This document shows, in pieces, positions 1 through 7,397 of a DNA stretch of 64,000 bases. The stretch comes from Alphaproteobacteria bacterium. Lineage in GTDB: Bacteria; Pseudomonadota; Alphaproteobacteria; JBFXJJ01. Positions within the stretch are counted from its first letter, which is position 1, and each line of letters begins with the position of its first letter. Below the pieces are notes generated by a model that saw only the letters and a list, made by a program, of their open reading frames with translations, ran no database searches and had not been told where the DNA came from. Made by a program: the position numbers and the translations under genes. Location of the stretch: assembly GCA_050175015.1 (NCBI GenBank), contig JBFXJJ010000006.1, positions 64,001 through 128,000 on the forward strand. The letters run 5' to 3'.

Positions 1-597
1 TTCATAGGTTTGCGTTGGAATGCCTATCATAACTCCGCTTCCAACTTCATACTTTAAGTCTCTTAACTGCTTTAAAATCGCAAATCTATCACATTTTTTA
101 TTTTTCAATGGTGGGTGAATTTTATAAAACAGCTCTTTATTAGATGTTTCAAATCTTAAGAGATAGCGATCAGCCCCTGCTAATCTCCAAGCATTAAGCT
201 CTTCATATGACCTTTCTCCCAAAGAAAGCGTTACCGCCAAATCTGTTTTTTCTTTTATTCTTTTAATGATGCTTGTTACCATATCTGCGGTAACATTAAA
301 ATCTTCTCCAGACTGCAAAACAACCGAACCATAACCATAAGAATCTGCCTCAACGGCACATTCAACAATCTCATCTTCTGTCATACGATAACGAGGAGTT
401 TCTGTGCGTTCGGCTCTAAGTCCGCAATAAAGACAATTTCGATAACAACAATTCGAGAACTCTATAAGCCCTCTTAAATGAATTTCATCACCGACACATT
501 CTTTGCGAATATTGTCCGCCTCTTCAAAAAGTTCTTTCAGCTTATTTTCATCTGTTTCTTTAAGCCAAGAAGTAATTTGTTCTTTATTTAGTTCCAT
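1..597 (-). CDS. hydE: [FeFe]-hydrogenase H-cluster radical SAM maturase HydE (3' part runs off the window)
   Basis: Not in the ORF track. Manual translation from ATG at 597 gives MELNKEQITSWLKETDENKLKELFEEADNIRKECVGDEIHLRGLIEFSNCCYRNCLYCGLR..VVLQSGED..GADRYLLRFETSN, with a CxxxCxxC radical-SAM motif and HydE-like signature. AGAGGA RBS upstream; neighbours hydF and the TM1266-family gene. Confidence 0.9.
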   Translation of the reverse strand, partial: MELNKEQITSWLKETDENKLKELFEEADNIRKECVGDEIHLRGLIEFSNCCYRNCLYCGLRAERTETPRYRMTEDEIVECAVEADSYGYGSVVLQSGEDFNVTADMVTSIIKRIKEKTDLAVTLSLGERSYEELNAWRLAGADRYLLRFETSNKELFYKIHPPLKNKKCDRFAILKQLRDLKYEVGSGVMIGIPTQTYE

Positions 598-628
598 TGA
601 TAAAAATATCCTCTTTTTTATACCGTTA

Positions 629-664
629 ATACTTGACTTAAATCATTTTTGACTCAAGTATAAT
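629..664. promoter_or_regulatory. Inverted repeat overlapping candidate divergent promoters
   Basis: ATACTTGA(629-636)...TCAAGTAT(654-661). TTGACT at 633 and TATAAT at 659 are separated by a long 20-bp spacer. Confidence 0.4.
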
Positions 665-836
665 AACGTAACCTGAGAGAAGGAATTAGTCTCTGACTTA
701 TAGGGTAAAATTTTAAAAAATTTTATGCTCTTTTTTAGTTTTATCCCTAAATGTTTTTTTATAAATTAATCCTTTCTCTTTGCTAGTTCAAGAGAACGCT
801 CAATTATTTTTTATATTTTATAACTGCGAGTAAATT

Positions 837-1079
837 ATGGATAAAAGAATTTGTGTTATATCAATGATTGTAAGCAATCGCATTGAAACTGCACCCAAAG
901 TTAATGAACTTCTCTCTAAATATGGAGAAAAAATTGTCGGACGTTTTGGGATTCCGTTCAAAGATAAAGGGTATAATGTTGTTTCGGTTGTTCTTGAAGC
1001 CGAAACCGATGACATCGGTTCTTTAACGGGAAAGCTCGGGCAAATATCTGGCGTTACCGTTAAGTCTCTCACCGTTTAG
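837..1079 (+). CDS. TM1266-family iron-only hydrogenase system putative regulator (ACT/NikR-C-like)
   Basis: 80 aa with VNELLSKYGEKIVGRFGIP...IGSLTGKLGQISGVTVKS, typical of this family; lies within the hyd maturase cluster. Confidence 0.85.
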   Translation: MDKRICVISMIVSNRIETAPKVNELLSKYGEKIVGRFGIPFKDKGYNVVSVVLEAETDDIGSLTGKLGQISGVTVKSLTV

Positions 1080-1098
1080 AGCATAAGGTTTTTACTTA

Positions 1099-2487
1099 AT
1101 GAGAAAAGAACAAGATGCCCTAGGAACAAGAGAACTTGAAGATGATGTTCTTTTTGGAATTCACACTTTAAGAGCTAGTGAAAATTTTGCTGTTTCCAGC
1201 TATGTTATGCCTAAAGTTTTTATCGACGCTTTTACTATGGTTAAAGAAGCTGCGGCAACGACCTCGTTATCGCTAAAAATGCTGGAAGAAAACAAGGCTT
1301 ATGCAATCATAAATGCTTGTCATAAGATTAGGAATGGCGAAGCTTTAAATTACTTGGTAACAGATGCCTTGCAAGGAGGTGCTGGAACTTCAACCAATAT
1401 GAACTTCAACGAAGTTATCGCCAATCTTGCGATAATAGAACTTGGCGGAACCGCTGGCGATTATTCTGTTATCAGCCCGCTTGATGACGTTAACCGCTTT
1501 CAGTCAACCAATGATGTCTATCCAACGGCGTTAAAAGTTGCCTCTCTTCTTTTATTGAAACAACTAGAAAACTCCTCAGCTATTTTACAAGAAGAGCTAC
1601 AAAAAAAAGAACAAGAATTTAAAAATGTTATAAAGGTTGGACGCACAGAATTTCAAGATGCGGTTCCAATGACCTTAGGTATGGAGTTTGGAGCTTTTGC
1701 CGACGCTCTATCACGGGATCGCTGGCGGATTTTTAAATGCCGTGAACGAATCAAACAGGTAAACTTAGGAGGAACAGCGATAGGAACAGGACTTGCAGCG
1801 CCTAGAGAATATATTTTCAAAGTAGTAGAAAACTTGCGCAGTATTTCTGGTCTGGCACTATCCCGTTCAGAAAATCTAATTGATGCAACGGCAAATTCGG
1901 ATAGTTTTGTAGAAGTTTCAGGAATGCTAAAAGCTTTTGCCGCTAATCTTTTTAAAATAGCAAGTGATTTAAGAGTTTTATCCAGCAGCCAGTATGCAGA
2001 AATAACTCTGCCTGCCGTACAGGCGGGATCATCAATTATGCCGTCAAAAATAAACCCTGTTATCCCTGAAATGGTTTCGCAAATTGCACTAAAAATTATG
2101 GCTAACGATAGCCTAATCGCTCAAGCGGCATCTTTGGGAAATATGCAGATTAATCAGTTTATGCCTCTTATTGCCCAAGCTCTTTTAGAATCTCTTGAAC
2201 TGCTTAACAATGCATCTTTAATTTTTGCAGAAAAATGCATTAAAGGAATTACGGCAAATGGTGAAAAATGCCTAACTAATTTTGAAAAAAGCTTTACTCT
2301 GGCTACCGTTTTGGTTCCCATTTTAGGATACAACAAGGTTTCTGAAATTGTAAAAGCTGCAAAATTAAATCAATGCACCATTAAAGAACAACTGCTTCAG
2401 GAAAAGCTTCTTTCTGCAACTGAAATTGATGAATTAATGTCTGCTCAAAATATGTATAAATTAGGATTTGAAAAAAAATATGAATAA
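1099..2487 (+). CDS. aspA: Aspartate ammonia-lyase (fumarase/aspartase superfamily)
   Basis: QGGAGTSTNMN, QSTNDVYPTA, GRTEFQDAVP, and the GSSIMPSKINP catalytic loop. Confidence 0.9.
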   Translation: MRKEQDALGTRELEDDVLFGIHTLRASENFAVSSYVMPKVFIDAFTMVKEAAATTSLSLKMLEENKAYAIINACHKIRNGEALNYLVTDALQGGAGTSTNMNFNEVIANLAIIELGGTAGDYSVISPLDDVNRFQSTNDVYPTALKVASLLLLKQLENSSAILQEELQKKEQEFKNVIKVGRTEFQDAVPMTLGMEFGAFADALSRDRWRIFKCRERIKQVNLGGTAIGTGLAAPREYIFKVVENLRSISGLALSRSENLIDATANSDSFVEVSGMLKAFAANLFKIASDLRVLSSSQYAEITLPAVQAGSSIMPSKINPVIPEMVSQIALKIMANDSLIAQAASLGNMQINQFMPLIAQALLESLELLNNASLIFAEKCIKGITANGEKCLTNFEKSFTLATVLVPILGYNKVSEIVKAAKLNQCTIKEQLLQEKLLSATEIDELMSAQNMYKLGFEKKYE

Positions 2488-3709
2488 GCCAAAAGATAAC
2501 GGTGGAGCAGAAGGCGCCGCCAGAGGAATGAGAACGATTATAACCCTTGTTGGACGCAGAAACGCAGGAAAATCATCTTTGATAAATGCTTTGTGTAATC
2601 AAGAGGTCGCCATTGTTTCTGATATAGCAGGAACAACCACAGACCCCGTAGCCAAAGCTTATGAGTTGCTTCCCCTTGGTCCTGTAACTTTTTATGACAC
2701 AGCAGGAATTGACGACGAAGGAGAAATCGGAAAATTAAGAGTATCTGCAACCAAAAAAGTGTTATGTAGAACCGATATTGCCTTAATGGTAATTAATGAA
2801 CGCGGCATTAAAAAGGAAGAAGAAGATTTAGTAAACGAATTAAAAAAACTTGATATTCCATTCATAATTGTTTTCAACAAATGTGATTTAACATCACCAT
2901 CACAATCTGACATTAAATTCTGCCAAAGCAATGCCATAAACTTTGCTGAAGTATCGGCTAAAAATTATGCTAATATTGACGACCTAAAAGCCAAAATTAT
3001 TGCAACCCTTCCTAAGGATATGATGGCAGAACCCAGCCTTGCCGCCGATCTTATTAAAGAAGGCGATTTTGTTTTATGTATCACTCCGATTGATTTGGCT
3101 GCGCCTAAAGGCAGGCTTATTCTGCCGCAAGTCCAACTGATTAGGGAAATATTAGATTCTGATGCCATTGCCGTTGTTTCTAAAGAAAGAGAAATTGAAG
3201 CGGCGTTATCCAATTTCGGACGAAAACCAAATCTTGTGGTAACAGATTCTCAAGTCGTTTTAAAAGTTGCAGGCGATGTCCCTGATGATATACCACTTAC
3301 AACTTTTTCTATTCTATTTGCTAGATTTAAAGGCGATTTAAAGCTTTTAGTCGATGGAGCGAGAGCGATTGATAAGCTGCAAAATGGGGATAAAGTATTA
3401 ATTGGTGAAGCTTGTTCACATCATAATCAAGCTGATGATATTGGGCGGGTAAAAATCCCAAGATGGCTGACGCAATATACAGGGAAAGATCTTCATTTTG
3501 ACATTTTCTCGGGACACGACTTCCCTGAAAACCTAGAGGATTACAAGTTGGTTATTCATTGCGGAGCCTGTATGATAAATCGCAAAGAAATGGTAAGAAG
3601 GATTGTGGAATGCAACCGCAGAGGAGTTCCAATAACTAATTATGGCGTTTGCATTTCAAAGGTTCAAGGTGTTTTAGAACGTGTGATTAAACCTTTTATT
3701 GGAATTTAA
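2480..3709 (+). CDS. hydF: [FeFe]-hydrogenase maturation GTPase HydF
   Basis: GRRNAGKS, GTTTD, DTAG and NKCD GTPase motifs; APKGRLILPQVQ; CSHH...HCGAC Fe-S motif. Likely ATG at 2480 overlapping the end of aspA. Confidence 0.95.
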   Translation: MNKPKDNGGAEGAARGMRTIITLVGRRNAGKSSLINALCNQEVAIVSDIAGTTTDPVAKAYELLPLGPVTFYDTAGIDDEGEIGKLRVSATKKVLCRTDIALMVINERGIKKEEEDLVNELKKLDIPFIIVFNKCDLTSPSQSDIKFCQSNAINFAEVSAKNYANIDDLKAKIIATLPKDMMAEPSLAADLIKEGDFVLCITPIDLAAPKGRLILPQVQLIREILDSDAIAVVSKEREIEAALSNFGRKPNLVVTDSQVVLKVAGDVPDDIPLTTFSILFARFKGDLKLLVDGARAIDKLQNGDKVLIGEACSHHNQADDIGRVKIPRWLTQYTGKDLHFDIFSGHDFPENLEDYKLVIHCGACMINRKEMVRRIVECNRRGVPITNYGVCISKVQGVLERVIKPFIGI

Positions 3710-3765
3710 GCTAAATAACTATTGCTAGTTCAATAAAATTAATCTATTAATTAGATTACCAATGC

Positions 3766-3841
3766 GTCCCCTTCGTCTAGGGGCCTAGGACGCTGGCCTC
3801 TCACGCCGGTAACAGGGGTTCGAATCCCCTAGGGGACGCCA
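3766..3841 (+). tRNA. tRNA-Glu (anticodon CUC)
   Basis: 76-nt cloverleaf GTCCCCT...AGGGGACGCCA; anticodon loop CT-CTC-AC; GGTTCGAATCC T-arm; encoded CCA. Confidence 0.97.
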
Positions 3842-3893
3842 TATAATATATTTTATATGAAAAACATAATTGGTATAAAAACCGCCCACCTGT

Positions 3894-3927
3894 AGCCAAA
3901 TCAAAATGTTTTGATTGTGGCTTTTTT
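3894..3927 (+). terminator. Intrinsic terminator after the tRNA
   Basis: AGCCA-AATCAAAA-tg-TTTTGATT-g-TGGCT followed by a T-run. Confidence 0.7.
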
Positions 3928-3959
3928 AATGTCAAATAAGTCCATAATTAAAATTGTTA

Positions 3960-4289
3960 TTATTTTTTATTTAAAGCTTGAGGATAAAAAGGAACTGAAA
4001 ATTTGATTTTATTTATAGTTTCTTTTTCTGTTTTATTTTTTCCATTAACATGTGCTGATAATACTGAAATAGCACACCCTAATTTTCCACCTTGCTCTTT
4101 ACTTTCTGAAGCACTAACTGATAGTTCAAAATCAATATACTGATTTATATTATTATATGCATCTCTCCCCTCAACTCTACCAGGAGCGATTGGGTAATTA
4201 TTACATTCTTCATGCATTTTTTCTTGTGCGCTTCTTATTCCTATACATATTGACAATATGCTTTCTTCTATAAAACAACTTAGCTCCAT
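3960..4289 (-). CDS. Hypothetical protein, Trypco2-like family often found in mobile regions
   Basis: MEL..FI..S...I..GI..AQ N-terminal helix, IDFELSV, GG, KIKFSVP pattern; GAGG RBS. Family assignment is tentative. Confidence 0.55.
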   Translation of the reverse strand: MELSCFIEESILSICIGIRSAQEKMHEECNNYPIAPGRVEGRDAYNNINQYIDFELSVSASESKEQGGKLGCAISVLSAHVNGKNKTEKETINKIKFSVPFYPQALNKK

Positions 4290-4607
4290 AGCAACCTCAT
4301 ATTTTACTAATATTTTATTTTAAATTGTAACTTATCCTAAATAAAATTTAAACAAAAAAAGCATAAAAACAGAATCTATGAATTTTATCCTAAGGCGTTT
4401 TCTAATTTTATTACAAAGAAAATGCTATTTAACTATTTAAAAACCGCGCTGTCTTAGGGGATTTTGCATTTATTTCTGGTTATTTTGTTTCACAAATTAG
4501 ATTGTTTTTGTGATTAGTTGCACGCTTTTATTTCGCCTTTTGGGCGCACCTTAATAGGTTAAGTTTTTACTTTTGTAAAAGTAAAATCAAAACTTTTTTA
4601 TTAGCAA

Positions 4608-5360
4608 TTACGGCTTAATTTGATTTGATTTTATAAATTTTTTCGGCGATATGCCTATAAATCTTTTAAAAAATTTTGAAAAATGAGCTTGGTCAAAAAA
4701 ACCGAATTTTACAGCGGCATCTAAAATACCAGAACCATTTTGAAGCATTTTTTTAGCTTCCATAATTCTAACGTAATTTTGATAATAATGTGGAGGAATA
4801 CCTATTTTTTGAGAAAATTCTCGGTTTAAGCAGAACTTACTTTTTCTAGCTGTTTTAGAAAGCATATCTAAACTCAAACTTTGGCTGCAATTATCAATAA
4901 TATAAGATTTTATCTCATCTATCTTATCTAATTTTATAATATCTTTAGAGCCATCTTGATTGATAAAAATATTTTCTACCCTTTCTATTATTTTATAATA
5001 ACTGTCTTTAACTCTATCTGGAGAAGCGAACATTTCTTTTAACAAGTTATAAATAGTCAAATCTTGTTTAACATCTAAAACAAAGGATTTTTCTTTTGAA
5101 GAAAACAAGGGAACAACTTTATAATAACACTGGTTAAACATACACTTATGCGGAAAGTTCTTGTTTATTATAAAAACATCTCCAGCCAAGACTTTAATGT
5201 TTTTTGTCTTGGAGGCTATTGTCATTTCGCCATTTTCCACCATACCAATCACGGTATGATTATGAATATGACTTGGAAATTGATGCGATATATTTTCCCC
5301 GCAGACGCCCTCAAAAACAAACTCGCCGAGGTTAAAAGAACAGAACTTTAGAATACTCAT
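4608..5360 (-). CDS. AraC-family transcriptional regulator
   Basis: N-terminal cupin (FPSHIH); C-terminal GFFDQAHFSKFFKRFIGISP HTH signature. Confidence 0.93.
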   Translation of the reverse strand: MSILKFCSFNLGEFVFEGVCGENISHQFPSHIHNHTVIGMVENGEMTIASKTKNIKVLAGDVFIINKNFPHKCMFNQCYYKVVPLFSSKEKSFVLDVKQDLTIYNLLKEMFASPDRVKDSYYKIIERVENIFINQDGSKDIIKLDKIDEIKSYIIDNCSQSLSLDMLSKTARKSKFCLNREFSQKIGIPPHYYQNYVRIMEAKKMLQNGSGILDAAVKFGFFDQAHFSKFFKRFIGISPKKFIKSNQIKP

Positions 5361-5378
5361 TATATATAACCAAATACT

Positions 5379-5762
5379 CTAACGAAGTGCTGGAGCAAAA
5401 TTTGCTAATATATATAAATCAGTTTTCGCATTTATCGAATGAGGAAGACCTTTAGGAACAATCGCAACAACGCCTGGCTTATATGCAATTTCTTTGTCTC
5501 CAAAGATGCACACGCCCTCCCCCTTTACAACCTGATGAATTTCGACTTCTTTTTCGTGAATATGATTACCTATACTATAGCCTGATACAATCCTTACAAT
5601 ATGACAGCTAAGCGTATATTCGGTATCTTTTCCTGCAACATAATCTTTGAGAAAAACATTTTTAAACTTAGGGTGTTCCTTCCAATCAAGCTCATCTGTC
5701 AAAACTTTGCCTTCAACCTTATGAACCTCGCCATTGATAAAAGCTTCAATAATATCCATCAC
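5379..5762 (-). CDS. Cupin-domain protein
   Basis: HIHEKEVE and PKGLPH cupin metal motifs; GGAG RBS. Confidence 0.85.
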   Translation of the reverse strand: MMDIIEAFINGEVHKVEGKVLTDELDWKEHPKFKNVFLKDYVAGKDTEYTLSCHIVRIVSGYSIGNHIHEKEVEIHQVVKGEGVCIFGDKEIAYKPGVVAIVPKGLPHSINAKTDLYILANFAPALR

Positions 5763-5862
5763 TTATTCTCCTAAATCACATTAGTTTTTGATATATGCTT
5801 GGTATCGTAAAACATTTAAAGAGGTTTTTCTTGTATGTTTTTGCTCTTTTTTTAGTTTTTTT

Positions 5863-5891
5863 TTGCTTATTTTGCTTTTGCAGGATATAAT
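5863..5891 (+). promoter_or_regulatory. Sigma70-type promoter of the Thr leader/thrS unit
   Basis: TTGCTT(5863-5868)-17 nt-TATAAT(5886-5891). Confidence 0.6.
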
Positions 5892-5925
5892 ATTTTTTGT
5901 TTTTAATAAAGGACTATAAGATTTT

Positions 5926-6036
5926 ATGAAAAGAGCTGGCGATAACATTCTTATTATTAAGAATGCTGCTTTCAAAGCGGCAGCCTTTTCTTGTGCCTTA
6001 TTTATCAACGTTACAACTTCTACTACAACCGCCTAA
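5926..6036 (+). CDS. Putative Thr-rich attenuator leader peptide (36 aa)
   Basis: MKRAGDNILIIKNAAFKAAAFSCALFINVTTSTTTA*. AAAGGA RBS at 5908-5913; 5 of the last 7 codons are Thr; directly upstream of a thrS homolog. Confidence 0.7.
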   Translation: MKRAGDNILIIKNAAFKAAAFSCALFINVTTSTTTA

Positions 6037-6113
6037 AGGCGGTCATTTTATTTCTGTTTTCACAAACATTGTTATGGCTTATTGGTGCGGTTTTAACGCC
6101 GTAAGCTTTTATT
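6028..6113 (+). terminator. Attenuator: pause hairpin plus terminator hairpin
   Basis: ACCGCC-TAAA-GGCGGT (6028-6043); GCTTATTGGTG(6077-6087)/CGCCGTAAGC(6097-6106) followed by TTTTATT. Confidence 0.65.
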
Positions 6114-6142
6114 AATTTATCAATAAAAAAGTAGAGGTTATT

Positions 6143-6433
6143 ATGAATAACGAAAAACAACAATTATTAAATATGCGTCATAGTGCCGAGCATATTATGG
6201 CTCAAGCTATCCTTAAACTTTACCCTGAAGCAAAAATGGCGATGGGACCTGCTACGGAAGACGGCTTTTATGGCGATTTTGAATTTCCTGAAAATATTTC
6301 AATATCACCTGACGATTTTGCTCTTATTGAAAAAGAGATGCAGCGTTTAATTAATCAAAATCTTATTTTTGAACAAAAAACGGTCACGAAAGATGAGTAT
6401 CAAAGTTTTGGCTGCCTTTTTTTAAACCGTTGA
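6143..6433 (+). pseudogene. thrS: Truncated threonyl-tRNA synthetase (N-terminal editing-domain fragment)
   Basis: RHSAEHIMAQA...GPATEDGFYGDF...IEKEM. Similarity stops at about aa 85 (KTVTKDE), and no continuation is visible before the next gene. Confidence 0.8.
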
Positions 6434-6495
6434 CTTTATCTTATTTTTTCGTTTTTATATTTATTCTAAAAATATTTTTTACATAGGGATAATTT

Positions 6496-7128
6496 ATGGC
6501 AGAAGTAAAAAAATTAATTGAAGGTTATAAGAGTTTTTATCAAAAAAATTTCGTTGAAAATAATGGTGATGCCTTTAAAAAACTGCAAACATCTCAAAAG
6601 CCCAAAACCTTAATTATAAGCTGTAGTGATTCCAGAGTTGACCCTGCTATTTTAACTAATGCTGACGTCGGTGATATTTTTGTTATCAGAAATGTAGCCA
6701 ACTTAGTTCCACCTTATCAACCTATGGGCGACAGCAGCCACGGAACAAGTGCCGCCATTGAATTTGCGGTAGATTATTTAAAAGTAAAGCACATTGTAAT
6801 TATGGGACATTCCAACTGTGGCGGCGTCAAAGCACTTATTGATAATGACATTGAAGCTGATAACAATTTTAGCTTTATTACAAACTGGATAAGCCTTGCA
6901 AAAAATGTAAAGAACGAGATACCAAAGGATTTAGACCACGATGAAAAATGCTGTTTTTGTGAAAAAGAAGTTATAAAAATTTCGCTTAAAAACCTTATGA
7001 CTTTTCCCTTTGTGCAAAAACGTGTTGCAACGCAGGAGTTAAAACTTCACGGCTGGTATTTTTCTATTAAAGACGGTTCTCTTGCTGTATTTGATGAAGC
7101 AACTGAAGCTTTTACTAAAATTAATTAA
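6496..7128 (+). CDS. can: Beta-class carbonic anhydrase
   Basis: CSDSRV, RNVAN and GHSNCGG zinc motifs. Confidence 0.93.
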   Translation: MAEVKKLIEGYKSFYQKNFVENNGDAFKKLQTSQKPKTLIISCSDSRVDPAILTNADVGDIFVIRNVANLVPPYQPMGDSSHGTSAAIEFAVDYLKVKHIVIMGHSNCGGVKALIDNDIEADNNFSFITNWISLAKNVKNEIPKDLDHDEKCCFCEKEVIKISLKNLMTFPFVQKRVATQELKLHGWYFSIKDGSLAVFDEATEAFTKIN

Positions 7129-7397
7129 ATAATATCTTTAAAGTGGCATTTTACCATATTGAAACTGCACGATGTTGCACATCTAAATTTTTTAACCGAT
7201 ATTACTTCTTGGTTTGCGCTGCTACAATCATTGATACAAGCAATTAAATCATTAGTACAAGAAACCTTCTTCTCATCATTCGGCGCAAAGGTAATAAAAA
7301 TCAAGGTTGCAATCGAGAGAATTAGCAAAAGCACGGAAACAACAAAGATGCTGCCTAAACCCAAATTTAAAATGTGATATTTAACTTTACTACTCAA
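7125..7397 (-). CDS. Small membrane-anchored six-cysteine protein
   Basis: One N-terminal TM helix then CX6CX3C-X14-CX3CX6C; start overlaps the glmS stop. Confidence 0.6.
   Translation of the reverse strand: MSSKVKYHILNLGLGSIFVVSVLLLILSIATLIFITFAPNDEKKVSCTNDLIACINDCSSANQEVISVKKFRCATSCSFNMVKCHFKDII

Noticed and set aside
670-690. Glycine riboswitch (CTCTCAGGT on the minus strand)
   Set aside because: The other conserved elements (GGAGA...CCGAAG) are absent.
4440-4560. Cobalamin riboswitch on the minus strand (AGGTGC-hairpin-AATAAAAG start)
   Set aside because: Lacks the GGGAA, CCCG/ACTG core and the B12 box.
5781-6008. 75-aa minus-strand ORF from the track
   Set aside because: Low-complexity and spans a promoter region; better explained by the plus-strand promoter and leader peptide.
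3766-6500. Integrative element with an att duplication of the tRNA 3' end
   Set aside because: Only a 7-nt match (TAGGGGA near 4455) and no integrase.
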